A DNA stretch of 63,533 nucleotides, filler included, from Licmophora abbreviata (Eukaryota): NCBI GenBank assembly GCA_900291995.1. It is 8 parts of 8 records of this genome, joined end to end, with 100 filler letters (N's around TTAATTAATTAA, not from the genome) between each part and the next. Parts side by side here need not be neighbours in the genome. Positions count along the whole stretch, not along the records: positions 16,834 to 46,688 come from OLMU01003438.1; 7 more parts are not named here. One strand, given 5' to 3'. Under the pieces are notes generated by a model, which ran no database searches, had not been told where the DNA came from, and saw only the letters and a program-made list of their open reading frames with translations. A program made the position numbers and the translations under genes. Of this stretch, positions 32,340-44,822 are shown in pieces. Each line of letters opens with the position of its first letter. Positions within the stretch are counted from its first letter, which is position 1.

Positions 32340-33104
32340 TCACTCGCCAAAGTCTTCATCGCCCACCGCGATCCGTAGCAGTGAAGACTCGTGCTTTTGA
32401 AGAAATTTATTCCAGTCACTCCAATGATTCCGTCGGGTATAGGAAAAAGGAGTGTGCCCCCGCACGTCGCTGAGGAATATTTGTTCGGGCGCTTCTTGAA
32501 GCAACATTTCGACAATCTCAAAGTTGGGCTCCGTACACCAGCATGCATCGTGCATGGGTGTGCGTCCATAGTCGTCTCGGACATATACTGACACCTTGGC
32601 TTCCTGCACCATGAATCGAGCGATGTCAGCAAAACCCCGCCGACAAGCCATGTGAAGAAGACTCTCGCCAAATCGATTGCAGCACTGTATCGACCGACCG
32701 GAAACATACACCTCTCGGAGCTTTGCAATGTCTTGATCTCTGACTATTTGTAGTATGTCCTGATCATACAAGGCTATTTGAGCCTCCGTGGGTGCCTGGA
32801 AGCGACGGCACAGAACAGATGGACGAATCTTGGGCTCTTCGCCGTGGTGGCGACGAAATATGTTAATGGCAAAGTCGACGGGAGAAATGTCGTCCTGGGC
32901 GACTGTGTGTAGCAGTAGCGGCCCATTTGACGAAATTGAGTCCGATGAAGCAGTGATCTCGCCGTCCGACCGTGAATAACTTCGCTTCTTTCCACTCTTT
33001 GAAGCGTCCAGTTCCGCGCTTAACTTCGCGGGCGACTCTGGCCTCGCCCAGCCTGGACCTACACTTTCTTCGTTCATGCGATGTATCTTTAGACAATCAG
33101 CCAT
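32340..33104 (-). CDS. Ankyrin-repeat protein
   Basis: 'NRFGESLLHMACRRG', 'DDYGRTPMHDACW' and 'DVRGHTP'. Paralogue at 56108-57037. Confidence 0.85.
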   Translation of the reverse strand: MADCLKIHRMNEESVGPGWARPESPAKLSAELDASKSGKKRSYSRSDGEITASSDSISSNGPLLLHTVAQDDISPVDFAINIFRRHHGEEPKIRPSVLCRRFQAPTEAQIALYDQDILQIVRDQDIAKLREVYVSGRSIQCCNRFGESLLHMACRRGFADIARFMVQEAKVSVYVRDDYGRTPMHDACWCTEPNFEIVEMLLQEAPEQIFLSDVRGHTPFSYTRRNHWSDWNKFLQKHESSLLRIAVGDEDFGE

Positions 33105-33567
33105 CGATGTTCAGTCGCCACTCTGTCGTAGACTTCTTCCCTGTCGTATGAGTGATACATTGACTTCTCATGGAAACAGCTGCTTTTGACGCGACGAAGG
33201 GAGATTTGTGAGGACGTCAAAACAAGTCCACGTCAGAAGAAGCTGGTACACTTTCCCCCTTGATTTCTACGTTTGTTTTGAGTCCTGATTGAACATGCGT
33301 ACTATGGGAGTTGCTTTCATATTTATCAATAGGACAAACTTGAGACATTCTTCAGACAGACGCCCCCACTGGCGTCGATACAAACGCGAGTGTCGGACTG
33401 CAACCTCGAGGACTTCGGTAGTGTAGCCGTCTGCTGCACTCGAACATTCACAACCTTATGGCTACCACAGTAGGCTAAAGAGCTGACTCTCTACTCTAGC
33501 CAGCTTTCGCCGAACTCTACGGTCAAACTTCTTAGTATCATAGGTTCTGCATTGTTATTGTCACTCT

Positions 33568-35026
33568 CTAATCCTCCTTGTCTCCTCCGTCCCACTTTTT
33601 CCCCTTCTTCTTCAGACGAGCGTATCGCTTCTGCTCACTTGCACTAAGGTACTTAATTTCTTGTTCCTCCTCCCAGTCCACCATGTTAGCTGCGACCCAC
33701 AAGTCTCGCGCCACCCAATCCTTTCGTTCATCGTCACTCGCACTCGCCCAGGGAATGTCACCAATAGCTCGAATCGTCAATGTCTCGCGCTCTTCCTCAT
33801 TCAGCTCCTTCTTCTGAATTCTTCGAATCATATACCTGATGTTCCACCAAGTTCCATGGACAAAGTAATATGGGAATCGAAGCAGCTTCAAAAGAAGCAA
33901 GTCCCGTGTGACGGTTGGCTTGTGAAAGCCTGCACCAAAGTCGTGCATTTCGTCCACCAACTCGGCCACGATTGGTCGCAAGGTCTCCCCCGTTTGCTTT
34001 CGCTTTTCGGATCCCGTCAGCTTGACTTTATTTTTTCGTTTCGATGGAGATGCGTCGCTGTTGTTGTCGTTGCTACCGCTGTTTGCATCATTGTTTTTTT
34101 CGCGCTCTTGCAAAATCTTCATGGCCTTGGCCCGCAACTCTTTACTTTCCGGTGTCCCACCCTCTCTCGGACCCCAATCTTCGACTGCCGCTCGAATCAA
34201 CCGATCTGCTACTTGTTGCCATTTTTGCTTCTGCAGAAACCAGGAAATGGCTGTCGCTGCCAACACGAGAAAGATACTGACACCGACGGCATCGGACTTG
34301 GGAGCATAGGACCACAAAATATTGGCGCCGTGAACGTCTGTGTAGAGCTCCTGATTGTATCGCATCGAGTCGTACTCCTTGCGCTTCTTACGGTCCGTCA
34401 AAACTTCGTACGCTTTGGAAATTTTCTGTGGAACGAGTACGACGTACGAACAAGAAGGGGAAAGAGGAGTGGTGAGGTATCCATGTTGACGTCAAAGCGA
34501 GTCTCCCTTTGAAGACGCAACACAGCACCGTACTCACCACAAATCGACTTTTGGCATCTTTAGCTTTATTCTTGTCCGGATGCCATTCTCGAGAAAGCGC
34601 TCGATATCTTTGCGTGATTTCCTTTCGATCGGGCATGGGCATGCCTGAGTTGACAAACTCTTCGTAATCCAATCCGAGAATCTTGTAGCAATCGAACTTG
34701 CCGCAGAAGACATTCTGGGGGTCATAGTAGGATCCCCAGTCCATGTCATCTTTGGCCGTGACCGTTGGTTTCTCAGGTGGCGTTGAAGAAGAAGAAGCTG
34801 CGGAAGCAGTAGTGCCATTGTCGGGCGTCTCTGACGAACTACTGTCGCCGTCGGCCATGACTAGACACGGAAGCGAAATAAGAAGCATCGAAGACGCTAT
34901 AAGCCACCGGAGTGACACGGACGTTCTCCTAACACATTTACGAGGCATGGATGGTGGAAGGGTTGTCAAAGACGGACTGCAGGGACCGCAATGCTCGCTT
35001 TCGATATCGCGACGGGTCATCGTCAT
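33568..35026 (-). CDS. Membrane DnaJ protein (DNAJC25-like); intron 34426-34537
   Basis: Signal peptide, 'FCGKFDCYKILG', J-domain 'WHPDKN', junction KSRFV|KISKAYEVL, then 'APKSD' + TM and 'DLWV..N'. The start may be the ATG at ~34948. Confidence 0.8.
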
Positions 35027-35344
35027 GCTTACTACGATTGTGTCTAGCCGCCGGGAATCTCTTGCAAAAAATGAATGGCTGCGCGCGATGAACACGCATG
35101 ACATCAGTTTTGGCGCGCCGGACATTTCAAATTCCAATTTTGAAGCGTTCCAAATTCCGGAAATTGAAAACTGAGAAAGGCGTTGTGTTTTGTGTTTTCA
35201 CAATGACGATCGCCGGCTGCCCACCGTCGCGACTTTCGTACTCTTTCAGCAACGGCAACAGTAGCTGCAGTGCAGTGCCACACTGCTGCACTTGAATCGG
35301 CAACCATTGAGCCTTCGAGCCCCCCGACAGCGAACTTCTCTAGA

Positions 35345-37227
35345 ATGACGGAGAGCAACTTCTCTAATGGCACCGATCCGGCAGCTGCAGAAAACAGGGC
35401 CAGCTGTGGCGACAATGACTACTTGAACGCCGTCTTGGGAATCGAATCAGAAGAGACACCCTCTCCTACCACCACGCATGTATCGGCATCGGGAACCAAG
35501 CACTCCATGCCGAAGAAAAAGTCCGGAATCTTTGGAGCGAGCAGCAATCTCATCAACAGCATTGTAGGAGCTGGCATTATTGGCATTCCCTACGCGCTTC
35601 GGCAGTCGGGGCTGATTGCAGGAGTCTTTCTCCTGCTCCTTGTCGCTATACTGACAGGTTAGACTGTTGATTGTAGTGTGTGACATATTCAGTTTATACC
35701 CTGCCTTCGGAACTCACGATTATTTTGCATGCGCGGTATCCAGACAAGTCGCTTCGTTTGATCGTCGACATGGCGTCTTTTCATCCCAGACTCAAGGAAC
35801 GCGGCGTCTTTACCTACGAAGACCTCGCATCCTATCCTTTTGGCAGACTGGGATCTGGATTTGTGCTATTCAACATGTTTGTACTTGCTTACGGAGCTAT
35901 GGTTGCATATCTACTCATTATCAAAGACACCGTTCCAACCATTATCGACTTTGACAATGGCATTGAACGAGAGATCGTATTGGTCATTACGTCACTGTTG
36001 ATTGTTGTCCCCTTGTCGATGCAACGTGACATGGCGTCGTTGGCGTTCACGTCGCTGCTGAGTGTCACCGCCGATGCTGTCTTGGTCGTGTTCATTGCAG
36101 CCTATGCGCCCATCAAAGAGAGTGTCGGCGAGGCGGGAGGATTCGGAGAGGTACTCAAGAATGACTGGATCAATGACACCCTGTTCATTGGATTGGGTAT
36201 TTTGAGTACTGCGATGGCATGTCAGCATTCAGCCTTCATTGTCAGTGGATCGTTGGCCAATAAGACACGTGCTCGGTGGGCTGCTGTCACGTATCGATCG
36301 CTCTTTGTGAGTACGCTCCTGTGCATGGTGCTGGGTATCTGTGGCTATCTCGGATTCTTGGACGAAACCATGGGAGATGTGTTGAACAATTTCGATCCCG
36401 ACGCAATGGAAGCGAATGCAGCGAGAGCACTGTTGGCCATTACCATGTTCTTCACGTATCCCATGGAGTCTTTCGTGGCCCGACACGTTCTGATCAAGCT
36501 CATTCACAATGGCGATATGGACGGAGAAGAGATTGCAGTTGCTACCGAAGAAGGCCAGGAGGATGGTGTCACTGCAACGACGACGACACGACCGTGGTAC
36601 TTCTTGGGACGTCGCGAAAAGTGGACGCTCGCCATCTATTTGGCCGCGTTGGTTCCAGCCCTAATTGTCAACGACATCGGGCCAGTCCTTTCCATTACCG
36701 GCTCATTGGGAGGAAGCTGTATCTCCTATGTGGCACCCGGCATAGTTTATTTGGGAGTTCATGGTGATGAGTTCTTGGCCATGGTGGCCAAATGGCTACA
36801 GAATCGTAAGGCGAAAAAGCCGCACAACGGCGCCACGGGCGATATCGAACTGCCTGTTGCGGGCGACGCCACGCAAGTCATGCAGCAGTCACGGGCCGCG
36901 ACAGAGACCCCCCTGGAAGGCAGCAAGCCGCTTTGGTTCTATTTGGGATTCTTTCCACTGTGGTGCTGGATTGCTAGAGTTGGCAGCAACAATATGCGTG
37001 CAAAGCTTCAGCGCACGGCCGCCGAGGCGACTACGACACCCCGTGCCAACATTGAAGTGAACGACGTCCCTTCAGAAAATGTCGACCAAGAAGACGATAT
37101 TGTGGTCCGTGGATGGGATTTTAGTGTTGCGATATTCTTTATTCTCTTTGGAGTCGTCGCTGCAGTCGCTGGAGTCGGATCGAACGTCTACGTTCAAGTC
37201 AATAACATCTACTTTTCGCCTCATTGA
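35345..37227 (+). CDS. Amino-acid transporter (AAAP/SLC38A11-like); intron 35658-35743
   Basis: 'NLINSIVGAGIIGIPYA', junction ILT-D-KSL, 'AMACQH', 'GDVLNNF' and 'TYPME', with ~11 TM segments. Confidence 0.9.
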
Positions 37228-37579
37228 ATGACAAAGGAAGGCAGAAATAAGACGAGCGCGTATTGGTACAAGAGAAACTAAGCAAGTGCATAATTTGATA
37301 GTGAAACAGTCGATCGCTTAGTTTTGGTCCTTGCCATGATCGTTCATGACGCGTGACGTTGTTTCCAAATGAGGCTCCAAGGAATCAAAGCTAGTGCATC
37401 GTTACGAACCGCACAACTGGCATACAGAAAATTCGTTTCGTCCAAACATGGAAAACAATATGGTTCGCTGCCGCATTAGAGCCGAGAATCAGAAAGGTCG
37501 TCGATTGCTTCGCGTTCCGGCGCATACTCGTGCATCGTAAACATGACCGCACGAGCGAGATCGAGGAACATAATGCCGC

Positions 37580-39103
37580 TCATAGTTCCGAGGCGCGTGT
37601 CACTATTGGAAACGGATCTCTGTCGTTGTTGGTATGACGGTGTCTCCACTCCCGCATCGGTCTTCCGTACGGATCTTGGTTGGCACGAACCATCGATCCG
37701 TCATTGACCTGCACTGTAGTCTCACTCCTAGAAGTCTCTACACCGCTATTCGACAAAGTAGGCCCGGACAGTACTTCTGCTCCATTGATTCCCTTTGGCA
37801 TCTCGGGTGTCTCGTTGTTGTTGTCGTCGTCGTCGTCGACAAAATTGGATGGAAAGCTTTGCCGATACACGTCGTAGCTAAACAAGTGTAATAGATCCAT
37901 GTCACCGCCTTGCGCTTCCCTTCTCGCTATACAATGTAACTCTTTCAGCAACTCCTTCGAGTAGCGATTCTTGCGCAGTGATTTGCCTATCGACTGTATA
38001 CCTCCAACGGCGGACCGAGGACGATAGGATCCCATGGTACACGTCGATTGGGTACTGCACGCTTTCCGAATACGATTCATCCAAAACTCCGATAGAGTGG
38101 CCGTTTCGTGCACAAACCGAAGAATACGCGCCAATTCCTTGGCGGGATCCTTTATCAAGTCTTCGAATCGCACCAGCAGAAGTGGAAACTGTCTTGTTAC
38201 GGCCTGCATCAACCAATAGTGATGAAAGCGTACCCATACGGCCATTTCATTCTTGACCAGCCCCTCAAACTTGTCAGGAAAGCTTTTATACACTTGATCC
38301 GTGACAGTTTCAGTATGAGTATTAGTCAAGTTAAGATTCCAATAAGAGTCGATAGCATCAAAGGGATTGCGAACCAATAGAATAGCTTTCCCAGCAGCGT
38401 AGTTTGGATATCCGCATCGTTCCGGAAAATGTGTCTTGGTAATGAACGTTTGGCGATGGTGTGTGACGCCTTCACCGACTAGATCAAAGTCGAGGGCCAG
38501 CGATTTGGAGAGTGGTCGATCTGGCCGAGTGTCGGATCCCGTGACAACACCCGTTGTGCGCTCCAATAGTGTGCGAAGGAGTGTATTGCCAGAGCGAGGG
38601 TAGGAGGCGAGCACGGCTACAGGTTCCGTGGGTGCCGATACGATGTCTGATGGAGTAGGCAAAAAGCGGAGCAATTCGAGTGGAGTGGGCCATGATGAGA
38701 TTGGCGACAATGGCGTATTGTTATCGTGGGTTTGCTGTAGTTGTCGGTTCCATTCGGACCATGCCAGTTCCGACGTCGTCTGATTGTATTCGTAACAAGG
38801 AGTCGTATTTTCGTCATACTTTTGTTGTCGTCGCTGTCCCAGTCGTCTTGTGTTGAGTCGATCTAACAACGTTTCCGGATCCTGCACCGGAAATATTCGA
38901 TAGCGATGTCGGTTCTTTCTTTTGTTGATTTTGAGGGCAAATTTGAGTCGAAAGAGGGGCAGTATCGTTCGAGTCCATTGCGTTTGCGTTTGTAGCAAGC
39001 AGGTGCCGTCAAATTCAGGAAGAAATGCCAAAACTACCGATAAGGGATATCTTCCAAGTGAGTTGATGGGTGCCTCGCTCATCTCTGGTGGAACTAGTTC
39101 CAT
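37580..39103 (-). CDS. Sulfotransferase-domain protein
   Basis: PAPS-binding loop 'LASYPRSGNTLLR', then 'KTHFP', 'LLVRNPFDAIDS' and 'VRFEDL'. The start is approximate. Confidence 0.82.
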   Translation of the reverse strand: MELVPPEMSEAPINSLGRYPLSVVLAFLPEFDGTCLLQTQTQWTRTILPLFRLKFALKINKRKNRHRYRIFPVQDPETLLDRLNTRRLGQRRQQKYDENTTPCYEYNQTTSELAWSEWNRQLQQTHDNNTPLSPISSWPTPLELLRFLPTPSDIVSAPTEPVAVLASYPRSGNTLLRTLLERTTGVVTGSDTRPDRPLSKSLALDFDLVGEGVTHHRQTFITKTHFPERCGYPNYAAGKAILLVRNPFDAIDSYWNLNLTNTHTETVTDQVYKSFPDKFEGLVKNEMAVWVRFHHYWLMQAVTRQFPLLLVRFEDLIKDPAKELARILRFVHETATLSEFWMNRIRKACSTQSTCTMGSYRPRSAVGGIQSIGKSLRKNRYSKELLKELHCIARREAQGGDMDLLHLFSYDVYRQSFPSNFVDDDDDNNNETPEMPKGINGAEVLSGPTLSNSGVETSRSETTVQVNDGSMVRANQDPYGRPMREWRHRHTNNDRDPFPIVTRASEL

Positions 39104-39417
39104 GCGGGAAAGAGAGAAGAAACGAACCTCAACACACGCCGCCAAGAAGCCATCGACGGCATCAAGCTATTGTCCTTGTCGTCATGGTTGCGAAACAATT
39201 TGGAATTTGGAATGGAGGACTTGACATTAGTACGCGTAGGGTTCTCACATGACGTCAGGAACAAAGCCTCGTCGTGATAAAAGTCATCGCGCGGCGAAGA
39301 CACAAAAGACACACCAAGAAGGCAGTGCAGCATTGAGGAGGAGCGGCGAACGAGACGAAAGCAAGCGCTCGTTCCACTGTATTCTCAGGACACACATCTC
39401 GTACTTTCCGTTGAACC

Positions 39418-40926
39418 ATGACAGATACGTCTGCCAAGACGCCCGATAGAAACGAGTTTCTGCGTCGTCTTGAAGCAAACGAGAGAGACGGCGACGAAGC
39501 GGCCGAGGACGAAACGACTCGCTTCCTCCAAGAAGCAGGACTCGGATCGACTCCCATTGATCCAGCCTCTCTAGAAGCTTTGCGAGCTCTTGTCACTCCG
39601 AAACGAGACAGCAGCACTCTTGGAAGAAGTCTGAATGTCGACACGCTGGCGAAATCGGATTCGAAAGTACGAGTAGGTCAAGGGGCCCTGGTGGACGGAG
39701 AGGACCCGAAAGCAGGAGCAGAGCCCTCGGAAGCACACCAAAGCACCGCCCCCGTGTCTGTTGTTCGCACTACAAGGATGTCCCGTGTCGGGAGCGACCT
39801 GACACAGGCTGCGCGTTCGCGGATGACTACGACGGACGATGCGGCGACAGATGCCAGTATCGCTGGATCCGTGCGCGCTCGGTCGCGAGCGCCGATTACA
39901 GAAGCGACGCCGACGGAAACGCGTATTCTGGAGCAGCTGGAAATGCAAACTTCGTTGTTACTTGATATGCAACGTCGACTTGATGAACTCGACGAGATTG
40001 TCGCGGCGCGGGGTAGAAGTGCCATGATGACGACCATGGCAAGAGACCAGGAGCTCATGGCGGCAGCAACAGTAGGACCACCAAGACGACACATGGATGG
40101 TGCGGCGGCACCAATTCCACCACGACCTCATCGCCCTCAGCATCAACGGGAAATTCCAGACGACGCACCGCTTCCACACATGCGCCTGTTCGCCTTCTTC
40201 CTCTCCCTCCCTGCCATTATTCGCTCCACTCGCATTGCTCAAATTTGCAGAGTCTTTTGGACACTTCACCGTCGACAAGTTGGGAGGATCGATGCTGGCT
40301 TTTGGGTCAAACTGGTCGTCATGATTATGCTCATCATGGCCAAACTGAACAGCGGAAAGAATCGACGCAAGCAGCGCAACGCGACGGTCAAAACTTTCCA
40401 ATTCTATGTGGCCGGTCTCGTGCTTACGATCGGATTCATGGTGCAGTCGGGGTACGCACGATTTATCTACAACTTCTTTGTCGAAGAGCGGTATCATGAA
40501 CGTATTTGGAACGGAGAAGAGATTGACGTGGATAACATTCCTCCTCGTCGTGATGCAGCGGCAGCGGCGAATCGAAATGTCGATGATGGGCGGGATCGCA
40601 ATCATGAACATGAAGGTGCTCCGCCGCAAGCACAGCCACCGCGAGGACTCCTGCAAGGACGAATTCCTGCGGCGCGTGGAGCCAATGGGAATGTTGGAAT
40701 TGGCGACGCCGTGGCGGATGTAATCTATCTATTGTTGAGCTTTGTCTTGTCCATCTTTCCAATGTGGAAGCCCGAAGGGCCACCGAGAGTACACATGCAT
40801 CAGCCTCCGGCAGGGGCGGAAGCCGAGGACCAGGCGCAACCACGCGACGAACCAGAGCTAGTGGACGAACCAGATCCTGTGGAGGATGGCGATGAAGACG
40901 ATGACGAGATCTATCGCGAGGAGTAG
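39418..40926 (+). CDS. Hypothetical membrane protein with a coiled coil and 3 hydrophobic segments
   Basis: 502-aa ORF with a short coiled coil 'ILEQLEMQTSLLLDMQRRLDEL', TM segments, C-terminal 'LLLSFVLSIFPMWKP' and an acidic tail. Confidence 0.7.
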   Translation: MTDTSAKTPDRNEFLRRLEANERDGDEAAEDETTRFLQEAGLGSTPIDPASLEALRALVTPKRDSSTLGRSLNVDTLAKSDSKVRVGQGALVDGEDPKAGAEPSEAHQSTAPVSVVRTTRMSRVGSDLTQAARSRMTTTDDAATDASIAGSVRARSRAPITEATPTETRILEQLEMQTSLLLDMQRRLDELDEIVAARGRSAMMTTMARDQELMAAATVGPPRRHMDGAAAPIPPRPHRPQHQREIPDDAPLPHMRLFAFFLSLPAIIRSTRIAQICRVFWTLHRRQVGRIDAGFWVKLVVMIMLIMAKLNSGKNRRKQRNATVKTFQFYVAGLVLTIGFMVQSGYARFIYNFFVEERYHERIWNGEEIDVDNIPPRRDAAAAANRNVDDGRDRNHEHEGAPPQAQPPRGLLQGRIPAARGANGNVGIGDAVADVIYLLLSFVLSIFPMWKPEGPPRVHMHQPPAGAEAEDQAQPRDEPELVDEPDPVEDGDEDDDEIYREE

Positions 40927-41156
40927 TGGGCCTGAATAAGCACAGTGTCGACGCGAATCTAGGAGTAGCCACGAGTACATTGCAACAGCTGCATAGGCAT
41001 CGATTGCATATTACGACGTAGATTTCCTCCTCTACTCAACTTACGAAAGATTGCCCAAGAGAACCAAAGTATTAGACATACTCCTGTAAGCTACTACTCA
41101 GTAGTAGAGTATATAGCTTGCTACCGCAGTTGCACGATACACATACGTTCAGTTCT

Positions 41157-41953
41157 TCAGCTCTTTCGCGAGACAATTTCGGGCCATTGCATCAGTTCCG
41201 AGGCCTGATCCCAGAACATGTGCTCAAGTTTACAGTTCATGAGGAAATGTGTCTCCATCTCTTTCCAGGTCTTCGAGTCTGCCTGTTTTGCAGCTGCGTC
41301 TACCATTTCAATGTAATCTCTCACTTCCTTGGCGAACTCGTCTCCTCCATACATGTCGATCCAGGCATCAAACTGGGGAGGGCGCTTTACACTGTGGGAG
41401 CAAACGCGTGTGGTAGATAGCAGCATGAGTCCACGCTCGAGTTGAACGTATTGCAGCTCACACCACAGACCACACGCAAGTCACAATGAGCTCACCTATC
41501 TCCAAGTTCGTCTCGTAGTTTCAACATGCACTTGCCGACATGCATGTATACCCAAAAGCAGGGCAGCAAGCAGGCGAGGCCTTCCGCATGCGAGCACGTG
41601 GCTACGATCCGTTTCATGTACGATGTGTACAACAAGCAGTTTGGCATTTGTTCAACGCCCTCGGCGGAAATATCCCACTTGGTAAAGAAGCTGCGATGCA
41701 AACTCAGTTCTGCCTCCTCGGCTCCAACGGCAAAGGCCTCGAGGCGCTTCGAGTCAGACTGAGAAACCCCCTCATTCTTGGAAAGACGCCGAAGACAGTC
41801 AGCAAAATCCGCCAGATACAAGGCGTCCTGTACCACATAGTAGCGGAAGTTTTCCATGTTGAGAGTTCCGTCCACCATGGTGACAAGAAACGGATGATTC
41901 TCCGTGACGGCAATCAGTGGAGCTGCCGAGTCCCACAAAGCTTGGGCTGACAT
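41157..41953 (-). CDS. tenA: TenA/THI-4 family (thiaminase II-like) protein; intron 41392-41495
   Basis: 'HPFL', 'FRYYVVQDALYL', 'LLPCFWVY' (catalytic Cys), 'WIDMY' and 'EHMFWD'. GTGAGC...ACAG intron. Confidence 0.9.
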
Positions 41954-42480
41954 AGTGATCGGCTTTTGGTCTTGTTATGTTGATCAGCGAGTTCGATGCT
42001 CTCTATCTATTGCCACAGTTTAGGAAGGGCTCTCGGCGTCTAGTTTGATTTCTGAGGTCACCATTGTTGCGATCGAGCGCACATCCTCATCACGTTCTCG
42101 TGGGAGTTGTGATTTTCGTCGCGCCATCGTGCGTCACAGTCGTGATCGACTCATCCGTGAGTCCCGGGATGATCAATTTAGCTCGTCATCACCGAAAGAC
42201 CTCGAAGTTGAGGTCGAAAGATACGCCCCATGTTGAATTCTACCTTGTTGTGGTACACGATTCGATTCAAACAGCTCTGGCTGACGCACTTGCGGCGCGC
42301 GCTTCCTCGGAGCCCCAACGTTCGCCATTCGTTGACCAATCATCATCGCTGCCGCTCCCCCTTTTGGTCGTCGCAAACGACCAACGTACACGTTGAACTT
42401 GACCACAACACAACGAGCAACGACGCTATCGTCCCGGCTCTCACTTTTGCCACGCCTTATTATTACAAAAGAGATCGAGA

Positions 42481-43510
42481 ATGCAATCGAGACGGCGAAC
42501 GAGCGAATTCCGGAGGAGACAGTCGACATCGTCCCTGCAGCGACGGAGAAACACTGGCTGGTCGCTGGCTACAATCGCGGCGACGATTTTGATGGGTCAT
42601 TGTGCGCTCTCTTATAACATTCATGTGCCCAAGGTCGCTCGACCTCAGACCTTTGGGGCAAGCCGGACGAGGCTGGGTGCATCAGAGAAGAAAGATCCGC
42701 AGCACGAACAGTCCTTTACAGCTAGACCGCCGTCCAAACGGACCTCGTCGTCGAAGGTGGCCATGACAAGTACGGTCGTTGACCACAGTGTTACGCAATC
42801 TCCGACTTTTGAGAGCAGAATGAGAAATATGGTTCTCACTGGTTCTAAAACGAAGAAGAAGCAACCCGTCAGTCGAAACTTGCCTCGCAATGTGCGCGTG
42901 GTCGAGACGCTTCAGGAGTATCGAGAAATTGTCGGTGAAGAGAAGGAAAGGATCGTCGTCGCTCGCTTTTACGCGCCATGGTGCAAGGTAGGTTCCATGG
43001 AGCTGTTCTGTGACTGAATGGAGTCGTGCTGCCGACGCAAAGTAGATTCAGGGCAACCCATCATGGTCGACGACTCATTACTGTTGTCAGTCATGCGTCG
43101 AGTCCGGGTCTCGCTTTATTGGGTTATGTTGCCATATCCTTTCTTCAACCGCGTCAAAAGTGCTAGACTGACTTGGATCTTCTATCCCTGCTTACCCTTT
43201 CTGCCAGGCATGTAAGGCTATCCAGCCCGTGTTCTATCGCTTGGCGCATACCTTCTCAAATGTTCAGTTTGTAGAGGTTCCCGTGACGGACGAAAACGCT
43301 ACGCTACATCAAGGACTCGGCGTACCAAGCTTGCCGTTCGGTCACATCTATCATCCATCCGGAGGCCTCGTCGAAGAGCTGAGTATATCGCGGAAGCTTA
43401 TCTCTCAGTTTGGACACAAGCTCCAAACCTATGTCACAGGAAGGTGCGAGCTGAGGGATAGGAGTCCGAAGAGTCCTTATCAGGCCCCGTCCGATGAAGA
43501 CGATTCATAG
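42481..43510 (+). CDS. Thioredoxin-like protein (WCKAC), possibly plastid; intron 42988-43207
   Basis: Active site 'RFYAPWCK|ACK' is rebuilt across a GTAGGT...CCAG intron. Also 'LGVPSLPF' and an N-terminal hydrophobic, Ser/Arg-rich extension. Confidence 0.85.
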
Positions 43511-43681
43511 CTCTGCTCTATATGTAGAACTTGTACAGGCTACGCTTCACACCTCTCCACCTCATTTTGAACACAAAGTTGTCTTATTAACTACCATTAA
43601 GTATTGCTGTTATGCTACTCTGGTGCGATTTGACAGTTCGTACCTTTGGTAACTGAGAAGCAGAGAGAAGAAAGACGAGGA

Positions 43682-43719
43682 TTGCGATCGGTGACGAGGG
43701 TTGCGATCGGTGACGAGGT
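43682..43719 (+). repeat. 19-bp tandem duplication upstream of UPRT
   Basis: ttgcgatcggtgacgaggg / ttgcgatcggtgacgaggt. Confidence 0.9.
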
Positions 43720-43886
43720 TCGAGCTATGATATCGTCCGAAGTACGGCAGAGTCGAATCGGCAATCGGCACACACATCAACTCTATGTGGACCAAACTTG
43801 CGACAAAAGAGCAACAATTCTGCATCTCCCACCGATACCCGCCGTCGCGATAGCGTGTTAAACCCCTTTTGTTTGAATTTGCCAGG

Positions 43887-44732
43887 ATGAGTCAGAAGGA
43901 AGAAAACGGAGCCGCATCTGCACCCGAGTTCGGACCGAACGTCCACATCGCATCCCACCCCGTCTTGTCGCACAAGATTACCATTCTGCGGTCATCTTCG
44001 ACTCTCCCGACAACCTTTCGTGCCATTCTCCGAGAAGTCACATACCACTTGGGCTATGACGCCACCTCTTCTCTCACAACGAAACCGCAAGCCATTTCCG
44101 TGCCGCTCGCACACGAACACCTCGACCACGTCGGAGCCAAGATTGCAGAACGCATCGCGCTCATTCCTATTTTGCGATCGGGACTAGGACTGGTAGACGC
44201 TATGCTGGAGCTTCTCCCGAATGCTGGAATTCATCATATTGGCATGTATCACTCGCAGCATCACGCGCCCGTCCAGTATTACAATCGACTGCCCCGTCAG
44301 TGTGACTTTGACGTGGCCTATGTCTTAGATCCCGTTATTGCTACCGCATCGACCGTCATGAGTATCATTGGAATCCTAAAAAAGGTAACGCAAGCCGAAA
44401 TCGATACAGGTTCTTACGCAGTTGGTCTGTGCAATTTGTGCTTGAACGCTTCGTCTCATAGTTCATTTATTCGACGCCCTGTTCTACCGCAGTGGGGAGT
44501 GCCAAAGATTCATATCATATCCGTTATTGGGTCCAAAACTGGATTGAAAACCATTGCCGACACACACCCCGATGTGTTCATTACTGTAGCCACAGTCGAT
44601 GAGATTGATGACAACGGAAGGGTTGTTCCTGGATTGGGAGATAGTGGGGACCGCCAGTTTCGCACGCCCCTTATTGACGACGATGACGAATCGCTCCTCC
44701 ACCCATCCAAGAGGAAGCGATCCGATGCTTAA
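43887..44732 (+). CDS. upp: Uracil phosphoribosyltransferase; in-frame intron 44385-44492
   Basis: 'HPVLSHKITILR', 'IPILRSG', 'HIGMY', 'LDPVIATAST' and 'VPGLGDSGDR'. 108-nt GTAACG...GCAG intron (LKK|WG). Confidence 0.92.
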   Translation: MSQKEENGAASAPEFGPNVHIASHPVLSHKITILRSSSTLPTTFRAILREVTYHLGYDATSSLTTKPQAISVPLAHEHLDHVGAKIAERIALIPILRSGLGLVDAMLELLPNAGIHHIGMYHSQHHAPVQYYNRLPRQCDFDVAYVLDPVIATASTVMSIIGILKKVTQAEIDTGSYAVGLCNLCLNASSHSSFIRRPVLPQWGVPKIHIISVIGSKTGLKTIADTHPDVFITVATVDEIDDNGRVVPGLGDSGDRQFRTPLIDDDDESLLHPSKRKRSDA

Positions 44733-44822
44733 TGAGCACTGCTGAGGCTGCTGCTGGAAGGAGTACGAACTAAGTACGGAGTCGATTGAAGTTCAAGGGG
44801 CATGTAATACAGTGAACTAGTT

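Noticed and set aside
40930..41495. Possible TPP riboswitch in the intron or 3' UTR of the TenA gene
   Set aside because: No CUGAGA or CUGAU..AAU..GCG.AGG core was found on the coding strand.
43682..43719. Direct repeat as a possible CRISPR array or transposon footprint
   Set aside because: There are only two adjacent copies with no spacer, no flanking element, and the context is eukaryotic.
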